Of a stretch of 64,000 bases of DNA, positions 25,775 to 35,974 are shown in pieces; position 1 is the first letter of the stretch; the number at the start of each line of letters is the position of its first letter. The stretch comes from Escherichia phage vB_EcoS-26175I. Both the position numbers and the translations under genes were made by a program. The notes under the pieces are model-generated. The model saw only the letters and a list, made by a program, of their open reading frames with translations, was not told the origin of the DNA and did not search any database. Location: the sequence record NC_133255.1, one strand, 5' to 3'.

Positions 25775-26092
25775 TCAAAGATAAGTTCTACAGTAGTGCT
25801 CTAAAGCACTCTGAGCTTCTCCAGGCGTAACGAAGTATCCCTCGCTAAACTGTTCACACTCATCAGAGTATTCATACCAAGTAAATGTTTGGTTGTACAA
25901 AGAATCTGGATCATCTGATATCCGAAACTCTAGTTTCCAGATATTTGGAAATTCAGTTTTGTACGCTTTTACTGCACCATCGTAGAACAGGCGTTGCAGC
26001 ATACCTGACATAATACGAGCGTTATTTTCTCTCATATTACTTGCCCAGCAGTTTAAGGATGTTTTCCTTAATAGTTTGAGCAGATTTTTCAC
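25775..26092 (-). CDS. hypothetical protein
   Basis: 105 aa ORF. Confidence 0.35.
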   Translation of the reverse strand: MKNLLKLLRKTSLNCWASNMRENNARIMSGMLQRLFYDGAVKAYKTEFPNIWKLEFRISDDPDSLYNQTFTWYEYSDECEQFSEGYFVTPGEAQSALEHYCRTYL

Positions 26093-26252
26093 TCTTATTG
26101 GTTTCAGCCAGTTTCAGAGCGAGTTCTTCCTGCTGTTTCTGAATATCAGCAGCAGTTTTCTGGTCCGCTTCAATACGAGCTTGAAGTTCATCAGTAATAA
26201 TGGTAAAGGAAGCAACGATTTCAGTAACGGAACGTGGTTTCTTAGAGAACAT
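26037..26252 (-). CDS. hypothetical protein
   Basis: 71 aa ORF. Confidence 0.3.
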   Translation of the reverse strand: MFSKKPRSVTEIVASFTIITDELQARIEADQKTAADIQKQQEELALKLAETNKSEKSAQTIKENILKLLGK

Positions 26253-26313
26253 AAAGATATCCTTAATTAGTCAGAGAAAGAGTTAGTATATGGGGCTTTC
26301 GCCCCATCAATCA

Positions 26314-26829
26314 TTACTTCGCTTTACGCTTACGAGTAGGTTTAGCGGATTTACGATCGGAAGCACCAGTAAACTTAATACCGATACCGTAGCACAGAGC
26401 GCGAACGTTGTCACGGCTATACTCTACACCGAAAATATTCGGTTTAACGGAGCCAAACTGTCCACGGGATTCACGCATTACGTCAGCCATTGGCTTACGC
26501 TTCTGATTGACTGCTTTTTCGTAGTCTTTCAGAGCCATACCGTTGCGGGCGAACATCTCAGCACCGCCGTTAAAGCTCAGAGTTACCGGTACAGACTTAT
26601 GACCTTCACCCTTGATGAACACAACCTGCTTAGCAGTTGCGCGAGTAGAGTTCTTGGCCTTCGGCTTCTGGCGAACCGGAGCCGGAGACTTCAGGGCAGT
26701 CTGAGCCTGAGCATCAGTAGGATGCTTACGCAGATGACGTTCCAGACGAGCCTTACGATTGGCTTCGGTCTGGGCGAAAGTTTTAACTGCCGGAGCTGCC
26801 TGAGTTTTTGCGTTTTTCTGCTTAGCCAT
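26314..26829 (-). CDS. basic protein (possible nucleic-acid binding)
   Basis: 171 aa, Lys/Arg/Ala-rich termini; promoter 26868-26896. Confidence 0.4.
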   Translation of the reverse strand: MAKQKNAKTQAAPAVKTFAQTEANRKARLERHLRKHPTDAQAQTALKSPAPVRQKPKAKNSTRATAKQVVFIKGEGHKSVPVTLSFNGGAEMFARNGMALKDYEKAVNQKRKPMADVMRESRGQFGSVKPNIFGVEYSRDNVRALCYGIGIKFTGASDRKSAKPTRKRKAK

Positions 26830-26867
26830 TATTTGTTTTCCTTTTTGTTGATCAATTTATGAGATAT

Positions 26868-26896
26868 ATTATACGAAATTTTGAAGCGTTTAGCAA
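26868..26896 (-). promoter_or_regulatory. sigma70-type early promoter
   Basis: attata 26868-26873, tagcaa 26891-26896. Confidence 0.5.
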
Positions 26897-26912
26897 ATGA
26901 ATTTTTTAAAAA

Positions 26913-27191
26913 TTATCTGCCGATCATCTTAGCTTGTTCCTCACTGGAAACGTACTGATAACCACCCTTGTTATATGCAGGAGCAGTACACAGTTTCTTG
27001 CGCTCAATTTCTTCTTGAGCTTTGCGTTCCCTTTCGGCTAATTCTTCATCTAGATAAACTAGACGCTGCTCCGGAGGTGGTGGAAGCCTAGTTTCTGGCT
27101 CACCAATATTTGCCTTTCTGATCTGACGCGGAGATTGTGCGCGTTTTCTCAACGGTTTAAATCCTAATGAATTTGAGTTGTAAATTCGCAT
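26913..27191 (-). CDS. hypothetical protein
   Basis: 92 aa; promoter 27219-27247. Confidence 0.3.
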   Translation of the reverse strand: MRIYNSNSLGFKPLRKRAQSPRQIRKANIGEPETRLPPPPEQRLVYLDEELAERERKAQEEIERKKLCTAPAYNKGGYQYVSSEEQAKMIGR

Positions 27192-27218
27192 AAAGCCCTC
27201 CTCACTTTCAATACGAAT

Positions 27219-27247
27219 ATTATACTAAATTCTAGGGCTTTAAGCAA
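27219..27247 (-). promoter_or_regulatory. sigma70-type early promoter
   Basis: attata 27219-27224, aagcaa 27242-27247. Confidence 0.5.
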
Positions 27248-27267
27248 GTGAATTTTTAAATTATTTA

Positions 27268-27744
27268 TTACATCTCAGCAAGTTCTTGCTCAGTAATTAC
27301 AGTATTGCATAGAGCATCAACTTCTTCATTACCACGAATACCTGAGTGACCTTTAACCTTAACAAAGGTTGGATTGGTATCATGGAAGTTAATATACTGT
27401 TGAGTTAGTTTAAATGCTTCTTGCCAGAGTTCTAGATTGAGAGGAGTTTCACCATCTCCCTTCTTCCAGCCTTTCTTCTGCCAAGACCACATCCAGCTTT
27501 CCATACCATTTTTACAGTAAGCAGAATCAGTGTAGATAATTACTGGACGATTATCTTTCTTAGTAGACCAACGAAGAACTTCAACAATTGCAGTAAGTTC
27601 CATTTCGTTATTAGTAGTTTTAGGGCTGAAGCCAGATTTAGAGCCAATACGATCATCATTATCATTATAGACAACGAATCCCCACGCACCTAAACCAGGA
27701 TTGCCTTTACATGCACCATCTGTATATATGTGGAAAACCGACAT
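27268..27744 (-). CDS. rnhA: ribonuclease H
   Basis: IYTDGACKGNPG...IYTDSAYCKNG...HSGIRGNEEVDAL carries the RNase HI catalytic signature. Confidence 0.8.
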   Translation of the reverse strand: MSVFHIYTDGACKGNPGLGAWGFVVYNDNDDRIGSKSGFSPKTTNNEMELTAIVEVLRWSTKKDNRPVIIYTDSAYCKNGMESWMWSWQKKGWKKGDGETPLNLELWQEAFKLTQQYINFHDTNPTFVKVKGHSGIRGNEEVDALCNTVITEQELAEM

Positions 27745-28013
27745 TATTTGCTCCAATCAATTTCAAGCCAAAAACCTTCACGCTGTTCATACTTAGCTTC
27801 TACAACATAACCTAGTTTGCTAAGTTTTTGCATGACGCTATTTCTAGCGTTTTCTGAGTATTCAGTTAATCCCTGGATGTGACAGTTAAATTCTTTATCT
27901 TTAATAGCTTTGTCAATCTCTACGGCAATAAGTGATTCTAGGTCAATTACTTCCTTTTTAATGCTAGCAATAGTATTTTGTTTTGCTTCTAAAGCAGATA
28001 AAAGAATAGACAT
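27744..28013 (-). CDS. hypothetical protein
   Basis: 89 aa ORF. Confidence 0.3.
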   Translation of the reverse strand: MSILLSALEAKQNTIASIKKEVIDLESLIAVEIDKAIKDKEFNCHIQGLTEYSENARNSVMQKLSKLGYVVEAKYEQREGFWLEIDWSK

Positions 28014-28015
28014 AT

Positions 28016-28594
28016 TTATTCTCCAATTACTAAAACATCATGTTGAGAAGATACACCACACATATAATCTGCACAATGCGTAAAAGCCAGATCAATGATT
28101 TCAAATATATCATCTACATCTAAATCTGTGGCTCGACAATCCGCAATAGCTAAACCTGTACGAATACTGGAAAGTACATCTTCTCCTCCACAGCCTACAC
28201 CGGCATATTCAACTTCTAGAATAGAAGCATTAGATTGGAAAATAAAGATTCTTCCTTTGTAGAGCATAATAAATTGTCCCAGATTAGGTTCAGCATATTT
28301 TTCATTTTTCTTTTCGCCAAAATCTTTCTGGTTAAACATATCACGTAATTTAGGTACTATTTCCGTATATAAATATTTATCATCGGAAATATCCGCTAAA
28401 CGTGGTGGTACAGTAAAGCTATGCTCTAGTAATTGTCCCATGTAGAAGGAACTAGTGTATCCGAAGTACAAATCATCAGAGATTTTGAATACTTTCGGAT
28501 TTTTAACCAGCAGTTTCGTATAGCCATTAGAACCCATACGATCACCAGCTAAGTATACTTTATCTTTATATTTAAATGCTACTATGGCTGTCAT
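28016..28594 (-). CDS. Ntn-hydrolase (HslV/proteasome-like) peptidase candidate
   Basis: MTAIVAFKYKDKVYLAGDRMGS: Thr at position 2 and HslV-like N-terminal pattern; promoter 28625-28653. Confidence 0.4.
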   Translation of the reverse strand: MTAIVAFKYKDKVYLAGDRMGSNGYTKLLVKNPKVFKISDDLYFGYTSSFYMGQLLEHSFTVPPRLADISDDKYLYTEIVPKLRDMFNQKDFGEKKNEKYAEPNLGQFIMLYKGRIFIFQSNASILEVEYAGVGCGGEDVLSSIRTGLAIADCRATDLDVDDIFEIIDLAFTHCADYMCGVSSQHDVLVIGE

Positions 28595-28624
28595 TATTAA
28601 ATCCTTCTGTCAAATTAGAAGTAT

Positions 28625-28653
28625 ATTATATTTGAATTTCACTCAGTAAGCAA
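28625..28653 (-). promoter_or_regulatory. sigma70-type early promoter
   Basis: attata 28625-28630, aagcaa 28648-28653. Confidence 0.5.
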
Positions 28654-28659
28654 ATGAAA

Positions 28660-28687
28660 TTTAAGTATAATAGCCCCGAAGGGCTAT
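28660..28687 (-). terminator. hairpin downstream of membrane-protein gene
   Basis: stem agccc-cgaa-gggct; element shares gtataatagccc with 17142-17160. Confidence 0.4.
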
Positions 28688-28692
28688 TTGAA

Positions 28693-29046
28693 TTAGATTA
28701 TAATCAAGATTATTAGGGCGTATGTCAGATAATGCAGTAACTGATCAAATCCTAAAGCTATCCAAAACTTAGCGTCGCTTATAGCGTATTTACAGCGTTG
28801 TGCTTTCCAATAATCTATAATAAAGTGTAGAATTAATTCCATAATAGCTAAAGCTATAGACATTCCTAGTGATGTGAATAGGATTAGAATTGCAAATGTT
28901 AATCCAGCATGTACTAGCGAATGGGTTAATAATGGAAGTTTCCACCCTATTTTATGCGTCTTTCTTAGCATATATGGTGTTTGGAGGGGATAATCGGCCA
29001 TAAAATGTTTTAGAAAGAATATGACAAATAATAGTATAATTAACAT
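28693..29046 (-). CDS. membrane protein
   Basis: 117 aa, multiple hydrophobic helices. Confidence 0.35.
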   Translation of the reverse strand: MLIILLFVIFFLKHFMADYPLQTPYMLRKTHKIGWKLPLLTHSLVHAGLTFAILILFTSLGMSIALAIMELILHFIIDYWKAQRCKYAISDAKFWIALGFDQLLHYLTYALIILIII

Positions 29047-29049
29047 ATG

Positions 29050-29904
29050 TTACACCGTAAATGGATATGCAATAGCAGGATGGTGTTCATAGCCACGAAC
29101 AGTAAAATCATCCTTACTTACCCACGTTAATACATCATCCAAAGTTCTAATATTTGGATTGATTTCTAAAGTAGGGGGTGCAAAAGGTTCACGATCGAAT
29201 TGCTTGTGCTCCATCAGAACATTATACTGATCTTCATAGATATGAAGATTAATAATCTTTTGACGAGCAATACCTGGCTTAAGACCTGTAATCTGTGCCA
29301 TAATAGCTAGAAGTGCATAGCATTGCACCATATTAAATACTTGGCCCAGCAAGAAATCATTAGACCTCTGGAAAGAGTTTAGGTATAGTGTATCACCTAA
29401 AATAGAGAATTGATGGGTATGCATACACGGACGTAGGCATCCTTTACGAAATTCCCCAGGGTTCCAAAAAGTTAAAATTTCTCCACGATCGTCAATCCCT
29501 CTTTTCAAATTATGATAGACTTTGGCTAACTGATCAAATACCATACCATCAGAATTAGTCCAATGACGTCCTTGAACACCATAGACTCGTCCCATATCAT
29601 CCTCGCCTTTACGGAATGGATTACCTAGCCAGGCAATATTTTCATTTGCATTAGCATTCCATGTATTAACACCAATAGCGCGGAATTGTGCTGCTGAGTC
29701 GTACCCACGGAGATATCCGATCATTTCCATTATTGCTTGTTTAGCAAATGCTTTACGAGTAGTTACTAGCGGCAGTTCTCCTGCTCCTACGTTAAAGGTA
29801 AAGTCTGCATCAATAATAGTTAGGCAACGAATCCCTGTTCTAGGATTCGTTACCCATACACCCTCTTCAAGAATACGTTTTCCAGTTTCAATATATTGGC
29901 GCAT
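29050..29904 (-). CDS. thyA: thymidylate synthase
   Basis: [21 protein letters not shown] matches the ThyA WNP...PPCH active-site region; adjacent to DHFR. Confidence 0.8.
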   Translation of the reverse strand: MRQYIETGKRILEEGVWVTNPRTGIRCLTIIDADFTFNVGAGELPLVTTRKAFAKQAIMEMIGYLRGYDSAAQFRAIGVNTWNANANENIAWLGNPFRKGEDDMGRVYGVQGRHWTNSDGMVFDQLAKVYHNLKRGIDDRGEILTFWNPGEFRKGCLRPCMHTHQFSILGDTLYLNSFQRSNDFLLGQVFNMVQCYALLAIMAQITGLKPGIARQKIINLHIYEDQYNVLMEHKQFDREPFAPPTLEINPNIRTLDDVLTWVSKDDFTVRGYEHHPAIAYPFTV

Positions 29905-30431
29905 TAATAAGTCACCAGTTCTTGTACAAAAGATAAACTTTTGTCTGCATTATGCCCTACTGCATAGTCCATCCTAGTTGCTGTTGAATTAGTCATAGTA
30001 ATATGATGGTGAAGATGTACATCAGCAGATAATGGTGTGGCTGAATTAATAGTAGATACATACGCCATATCTAGATGATTATTGACGTACATTTCAAGAA
30101 GCAGAGTTGCTCCTCCTAATACTACAGTTACTTCTTCCTTGAGGAAATCAGGCAGACTGTATCCAATATTACTTATGCGTGTGGCTGATCCTACAGAGTT
30201 AGGTAGTGGTCTATTTGCATAAATAAATAGGTCAGAATCTCCTAGTATTCTTTTTTGCAGAGTCTCAGGGAAGGCTAACCAAGTCCCTGCTCCTACAATA
30301 ATATTATCAGGTGCTAGAGAATCCAAAGTAGCGTAGAAGATATCTAGTTCTTCTTTGAAAGAACCCCAAGGGAGTTTACCGTTGAGGCCGAACTCCCCAT
30401 TCGGCCCAGTTGCATAGATTGCTGCTATCAT
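29904..30431 (-). CDS. dihydrofolate reductase
   Basis: [23 protein letters not shown]-terminus typical of DHFR; 175 aa. Confidence 0.75.
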   Translation of the reverse strand: MIAAIYATGPNGEFGLNGKLPWGSFKEELDIFYATLDSLAPDNIIVGAGTWLAFPETLQKRILGDSDLFIYANRPLPNSVGSATRISNIGYSLPDFLKEEVTVVLGGATLLLEMYVNNHLDMAYVSTINSATPLSADVHLHHHITMTNSTATRMDYAVGHNADKSLSFVQELVTY

Positions 30432-31576
30432 TAGAACATACCCTCAAATTCGTTGCCAAGATCTTTCAGAGTATCAGCAGAGGTTTCTGTGACTTGACCT
30501 ACGCGGTAGGCTGCACCAATCTGAATCTCTTGCGGAGCAGGTTGTAGAGAAGTAGTATCCAACCAGTTCATGATCCACGGAATCGGATTCTTAGTAATTA
30601 CAGGTAAGTGGCTTGGCCATTCTACACCAATGTGCATAAATGCGTTACGTCCTACAAAGTAAAGGTATTCTTCAAGCAGTTCTGCGTTCAAACCAATCAG
30701 ACTACGGCCTTTAAAGATAAAGTGACCCCATTCAATCTCAGTTTTCAGAGTTTTTAGGAGTTGTGCTGGTGCTTTAGCTAATGCTTCATCTACCAGATCT
30801 TTATCAAACTGCTGGAACATAATCTGGATGATAGCTTTAGACATTTGAGTATGTAGAGCTTCATCTTTAGCGATTAATTGCAGGTTCTTAGCAATACCTT
30901 GCAGAATATCGTTCTCTGCTAGAGCAAAGGTACATGCAAAGGATGCGTAGAACTGCATTGCTTCCAGACCGTAGATTGCAAAGTAAGCATCTAACAGCTT
31001 AGCCTGAGTTTCACGTTTAACTTCAGGGAACTCAGTTTCTGGATAAGTATTATCACCACGATGATCACGTACTGCAAGGAAATACTGACCTAACAGATAC
31101 AATTCATCAAACAGTTCAACAGAATCTGCGATACGTGCAAATGCTTCTTGGTTTTTAGTTACAGAATCAATAAATTCTGCTGGATCAGTCAGAACGTTAC
31201 GAATAATGTTACTATATGCACGGCTATGCAGATCTTCGAAGTAGCTCCACTGCTTGAGCATACCCTCCAATTCAGGACGGCTTACAAGCGGCATAATAGC
31301 TGCTTCAGGAGCACGGCTAATGAAAGAATCTGTTTGAGTCTGCCATGCTAAGTTCAGGAGAGTAATTTCCTGAATATCACGCGGGAGGTTTGGCCATTGT
31401 TTCTTATCGGCTTCCAGACTGATTTCAGTTTCAGTCCAGAATTGAGAGCGAGCTAATAACGCCAGCCTTTCTAGCTCTGGATGAGCTACTCGTACATAAT
31501 CTGCAATACCAAGAGAATCACCGAGAAATAGATCTTTATTGGTATGATCCCAGTTTAAGTTAAGTAAAGTTGTCAT
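30431..31576 (-). CDS. nrdB: ribonucleotide reductase class Ia beta subunit
   Basis: 381 aa; size and helical di-iron R2 pattern; adjacent to nrdA. Confidence 0.85.
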   Translation of the reverse strand: MTTLLNLNWDHTNKDLFLGDSLGIADYVRVAHPELERLALLARSQFWTETEISLEADKKQWPNLPRDIQEITLLNLAWQTQTDSFISRAPEAAIMPLVSRPELEGMLKQWSYFEDLHSRAYSNIIRNVLTDPAEFIDSVTKNQEAFARIADSVELFDELYLLGQYFLAVRDHRGDNTYPETEFPEVKRETQAKLLDAYFAIYGLEAMQFYASFACTFALAENDILQGIAKNLQLIAKDEALHTQMSKAIIQIMFQQFDKDLVDEALAKAPAQLLKTLKTEIEWGHFIFKGRSLIGLNAELLEEYLYFVGRNAFMHIGVEWPSHLPVITKNPIPWIMNWLDTTSLQPAPQEIQIGAAYRVGQVTETSADTLKDLGNEFEGMF

Positions 31577-31584
31577 TAGTTCTC

Positions 31585-32100
31585 CTATTTATCTGTGTTT
31601 CTAAGTAGTGTTGGGTCTTTGGTTATAGAGAGGATTAAAGAATCTCGATACTCTATCGCCTCTTCGAGAGTTGGAAGAGTTTTCACGTATTCTTTTCCGT
31701 TAATGGATTTTCTAACTTGAAATCCAGACCCTTTCTTCCGAATATTCTTAGTACCCAATATATTATTTTTACTGGTTTTTCTGTTTTGACTATTTAACTG
31801 CCAGTCTGCTTCTCTTAGATTAGTCCACTTATAGTTTAGTGAATCTCCATCTATATGATCAACCATAACTTTAGGTAAGTTTCCTGTCATGTACAGGAAA
31901 GCAATATTTTGTGCAGGATATTTCTTACCATTGATTTGTATTACTAAGTCTTTTCGGTTAGGATCTACTGAGTGGGGTTTTAAACAACCAGCAGGTAGTC
32001 CTCTTACTTTATTGTGTACTTCTTGGTTATTTAACCAAGTAAATGTTCCTTCATCTGGATTATACTCCAGAATCCTTTTTAATTCATCTTGTGTTATCAA
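31585..32100 (-). CDS. free-standing HNH homing endonuclease (between nrdA and nrdB)
   Basis: 171 aa; VDHIDGDSLNYKWTNLREA HNH motif plus AP2-like GFQVRKSINGKEY. Confidence 0.55.
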   Translation of the reverse strand: MITQDELKRILEYNPDEGTFTWLNNQEVHNKVRGLPAGCLKPHSVDPNRKDLVIQINGKKYPAQNIAFLYMTGNLPKVMVDHIDGDSLNYKWTNLREADWQLNSQNRKTSKNNILGTKNIRKKGSGFQVRKSINGKEYVKTLPTLEEAIEYRDSLILSITKDPTLLRNTDK

Positions 32101-32201
32101 AACTAATCTCCTTAACTAATGGAGATATTATAGCAAATCTGGTAGCAATTAGCAAGTAAAATTTCAAAGAAAAAGGAGACCCGAAGATCTCCTTGTTTTT
32201 A

Positions 32202-34592
32202 TTACAGGTTACAACCGCCTGATGCACAACCTGCTGCTTCTTCACCAGCTCCACCACCATTTTCAGTGTTGAAGTTAGCGTAGTACCAAGTTTTCCAACC
32301 GTACTTAACAGCAGTCATAAAGTCACGAACTACTACTGGGCCAGGAATTACCTCATTCTCAAACTTAGTATAGTCATAGTACATATTCGTACTGATAGAC
32401 TGGCTAAAGAATTTCTGCATAGTTGCTACCCATTTGATCCACTCGATACGATCTACATCATAAGCCAGTTTATAGCTCATTAATGTATCCCAATCGGTTG
32501 CACCTGGAGCAATTGCAATTACTTTATTCACTGCACTACCCTTGATAGATACAATCTTACGAGGTGGTTCAATAGAGTTAGTAACACCTAGCAGTACAGA
32601 GGAACTTTCACCCGGCATCTGAGCAGTCAGAACAGAGTTGCGCATACCATATTTCAGAATATCTGCACGCAGAGATTCCCAATCCATTTCTAGACCTACA
32701 GTTACCAGTTCATCAACAGTTTTCTTGTACGTGTCGATTACCAGAGTTCCTTGCGAAGGCTTAGTACGATTAAACCAGTCACATGCACCTTGTTCTTTAG
32801 CCAGACGTACAGAGGCTTTATGCAGGAAGTAGGACAGCTTTTCAGCTTCACGGTGAATCCAGTTACGAGCTTCAACACCTTCGTAAGCCAAACCTTCTGC
32901 TGCCATTGCGCCTGCTGCGTTCATCAGACCAATACCAACGTTACGACGTTTCTTAGCCGTGTACTCCATAGTTGGGAATGGGTAATCCTGAATCTCGATG
33001 ATTGTATCAACGAATTTCAGAAGAATGTAGCAAGTTTTCTCCCATTCAGCCAGAGATTCCATGCGACCTAGCACAACACCACCTAAGTTACACAGAGATA
33101 CTTCACCAATATCTTCTGGACGCATATCATCTAACTGATCTTGGGTCTTATACAGTTCCGTAATATGGTGGAATGGGCGAGTTGGCTGAGTAATTTCAAC
33201 ACAAAGGTTGGTCATACGAATCGGGTCAAGGAAGTTACCATGACGGTTAGATTCACCAATGTGATGAGCATACATACGCCCTGTTTCCATACGGATACGT
33301 AACCAAGTATCTAGGATTTCTTTTGCAGAGATTCTAGGAGCTGCTGGAATTGTTTTTCCTTCATGGTCGATCTTTGTAAGAGATGCCACACGTTTCTCCG
33401 CTGCCACGTAGATTTCTTCAAACTTAGCCTCATCTTCGCCATAAAACGCTTCATGAACTTCTGGTGCGTAGAAGTAGGACATTAGCGTAATATCTTCGTT
33501 TTTCAGGTAACGTTTTAACAGAAGGTTGTTAAAGCTCAGAGAGTAATCCATCTTATCGATTTTATTCTCGTCTGTAGCACGTTGTTGTTTAACCTGCATC
33601 AACTGAATGATTTCAGGATCGAAGTATGGATAAGACACAGTAGCAGAACCGCCACGGGTTTGCTGAGTGTTAGCTTTTACTGATCGGTCAATGTGTCGAT
33701 AATATGGCAGTTTTCCGGAATGCGGGAATGCCCCATTTCGCACCGGATCAGCAATTGATCGGCTTTCAAGATGATACCCGATTCCCGCTCTGGCTGCGAC
33801 CATTTTGAAGACGATGTGCTCGGCTGTGTCGATTGAATCGAGCGTGTCAGTGGAATCCACGAGGCAGCAACTAGCAAATCCACGGTCACTAGAGCGCAGG
33901 CCAACCAGTGGCGGCGTAGGAACGTTGATTTTGTGGAGTGACATTGCATTGTAGAGGTCGATTGCATCTAGAATTGTCCAGTTAGGTTGAGATAACATCG
34001 CCATTGCCATACCCATGTAGGCAAACTGCGGGGTTTCATAAATTTCACCAGTTGCAATATTACGACGAGAATACTTGTCGAAGAACTGTTTCAGTCCACC
34101 ACTAGTGAATAAACGATCGCGATCATGATCAATAACTTGGTTCAGAGCGTCAAACTGATCATCGCTAATCCATGCACTCATATTTTCCCAAGCGCCAACA
34201 CGAACCATATGATCGTGGAAGAAACGCAGAGAAGGTGGTTCGAAGGAATCATATAGGCGTTTACGCATCTGCGCAAGACGTAATTCCTTCGCTACAGTAT
34301 CATATGCTGGATTGTCTTTGATAAGACCTTCAGCAGCTTTAATTAACACATCTTGGAGTGTATCGGAGTCTACAACACCTTTGGGTAGATTTTTCAGGGC
34401 AGCCATAACTACGGCAGACCAACTTACGTCAGTATCTTTACATGCCCATGCAGCCCAATCATTGAGTTTTTCAGGAGCAAAGTCCTGAACAGTACCGTCA
34501 CGTTTAATTACTTTTTCTATGCGATGGCTCATTTGGCTTTCCTTTTTGTAGTTATCAGGATTTAAATAGTATTCTACTTTATTCTCAGTCAT
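32202..34592 (-). CDS. nrdA: ribonucleotide reductase class Ia alpha subunit
   Basis: 796 aa; ATP-cone N-terminus, C-terminal Cys pair ...GCASGGCNL. Confidence 0.9.
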   Translation of the reverse strand: MTENKVEYYLNPDNYKKESQMSHRIEKVIKRDGTVQDFAPEKLNDWAAWACKDTDVSWSAVVMAALKNLPKGVVDSDTLQDVLIKAAEGLIKDNPAYDTVAKELRLAQMRKRLYDSFEPPSLRFFHDHMVRVGAWENMSAWISDDQFDALNQVIDHDRDRLFTSGGLKQFFDKYSRRNIATGEIYETPQFAYMGMAMAMLSQPNWTILDAIDLYNAMSLHKINVPTPPLVGLRSSDRGFASCCLVDSTDTLDSIDTAEHIVFKMVAARAGIGYHLESRSIADPVRNGAFPHSGKLPYYRHIDRSVKANTQQTRGGSATVSYPYFDPEIIQLMQVKQQRATDENKIDKMDYSLSFNNLLLKRYLKNEDITLMSYFYAPEVHEAFYGEDEAKFEEIYVAAEKRVASLTKIDHEGKTIPAAPRISAKEILDTWLRIRMETGRMYAHHIGESNRHGNFLDPIRMTNLCVEITQPTRPFHHITELYKTQDQLDDMRPEDIGEVSLCNLGGVVLGRMESLAEWEKTCYILLKFVDTIIEIQDYPFPTMEYTAKKRRNVGIGLMNAAGAMAAEGLAYEGVEARNWIHREAEKLSYFLHKASVRLAKEQGACDWFNRTKPSQGTLVIDTYKKTVDELVTVGLEMDWESLRADILKYGMRNSVLTAQMPGESSSVLLGVTNSIEPPRKIVSIKGSAVNKVIAIAPGATDWDTLMSYKLAYDVDRIEWIKWVATMQKFFSQSISTNMYYDYTKFENEVIPGPVVVRDFMTAVKYGWKTWYYANFNTENGGGAGEEAAGCASGGCNL

Positions 34593-34654
34593 TTAGCAAG
34601 TACAATTTTTCTGATAGAAAAGGCCCGAGTATTTTCATACCCAGGCCTTCTATA

Positions 34655-34897
34655 TTACCAGTCTAGTTTTTCGGCTTGATTAATTACTTTTGCTTTCGCA
34701 TTCGCCCTCAGAAGAATATCTACTGATGTTGAAAGTTCATTATAATTAAAAGGCCGATTTGGATTAGAGGCTACAATTTTCCATGCTAGGGTAGTCTTAG
34801 GACTTTCTTCCCCTTCCTTACGTGTAATCATATTAGCAGCACTCAATGAAGTACGGTGGATCTTAGTTTTGCGGTGCAGATGTACGACGTTTCCCAT
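34655..34897 (-). CDS. hypothetical protein
   Basis: 80 aa ORF. Confidence 0.3.
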   Translation of the reverse strand: MGNVVHLHRKTKIHRTSLSAANMITRKEGEESPKTTLAWKIVASNPNRPFNYNELSTSVDILLRANAKAKVINQAEKLDW

Positions 34898-34898
34898 A

Positions 34899-35660
34899 CT
34901 ACACCTTCCCCATATCCTTAAAGATATCGTAGAATGCTTTAGACTCTGGTGAGCGAACGTTGTCGATCAGTTCGATCATAGAGAAAGGAGAGTTTTCGTA
35001 CTTCTCATAGACTTCCATAAGAAGTGCTAGACCTGAATCACCCTTGATGTCTTTCTGAGCTATATCCCCACAGATAATTAAACGACAATCTTGTCCTACA
35101 CGAGTCAGGAGACAGATCATTGCTTCAACGGAGATATTCTGAGCTTCATCGACAATTACATAGGAGTTGTTGAAAGTTCGGCCACGGGCATGTTCGATAG
35201 CCAGGAATTTGATTTTCTGACGTTCGACATATCCTTTGTAGGCGTGATCACCGATTGCCCATTTCATGCCATCGGCTATTGGTTCCAACCAAGGTTCTAG
35301 CTTTTCTGCTAGATCACCTGGGAGCATACCAAGAGATTTACCTAGAGGTTCGTTCGGACGCACGAGGATCACTTGCTCAATATCTGAGTGAATGTCTACG
35401 AGTTCCTGAGCTGCAAGAACGGACGGAATAAAGGTTTTACCAGTACCTGGTTCACCGATACCCACAGTCACTGTGTTGTTCTTGATCATATTGATATATG
35501 ATTTTTGCTCACGGTTTTTACCAACTAGGGATTTAGCAACTGGATTGGCGTAATCACCAGAGAAATCTGCTTGAATTACGTTACTCTCGTACTTGTTGCC
35601 ACGCTTTCTTGAACCATTGCGGTTCTCTCTTTTTTGACGTGCTTTTCCCATAAATAACAC
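34899..35660 (-). CDS. phoH: PhoH-like ATPase
   Basis: Walker A GIGEPGTGKTF and Walker B VIVDEAQN. Confidence 0.7.
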   Translation of the reverse strand: MLFMGKARQKRENRNGSRKRGNKYESNVIQADFSGDYANPVAKSLVGKNREQKSYINMIKNNTVTVGIGEPGTGKTFIPSVLAAQELVDIHSDIEQVILVRPNEPLGKSLGMLPGDLAEKLEPWLEPIADGMKWAIGDHAYKGYVERQKIKFLAIEHARGRTFNNSYVIVDEAQNISVEAMICLLTRVGQDCRLIICGDIAQKDIKGDSGLALLMEVYEKYENSPFSMIELIDNVRSPESKAFYDIFKDMGKV

Positions 35661-35724
35661 TCCTATAGTGTACTTCGCTAACAGAGGATCAACAAAAAGA
35701 TCTTGTTTATCAACTTACAAATAT

Positions 35725-35753
35725 ATTATACCAATATATACGGGAGAAAGCAA
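35725..35753 (-). promoter_or_regulatory. sigma70-type promoter for the phoH-nrdA-nrdB leftward unit
   Basis: attata 35725-35730, aagcaa 35748-35753. Confidence 0.5.
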
Positions 35754-35945
35754 CTACAATTTTAAATAAGCCTATGATATTGCATTTAAATAAAAAATTT
35801 GCTTGCTTTTATTGGGAAATGTATGGTACTAGATAATCATTTTATATCGCGTACACGGGTGCGTGATTATACTATTTTTAGTAGAGGTTGGCAAATAAAA
35901 TTTTTTGACTCAGATCAATTTACAGAATGTTATAGTAAAATATTG

Positions 35946-35974
35946 TTGACATCCGCCTTCGAATGAGTTATAAT
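35946..35974 (+). promoter_or_regulatory. consensus sigma70 promoter (TTGACA-17-TATAAT) for nrdD
   Basis: ttgaca 35946-35951, tataat 35969-35974, RBS gaaggagag, ATG 36004. Confidence 0.7.

Noticed and set aside
2477-35753. Possible CRISPR array suggested by the regularly recurring conserved ~45-bp motif
   Set aside because: The repeats are promoter elements at gene starts with variable, gene-sized spacing and are not separated by short unique spacers.
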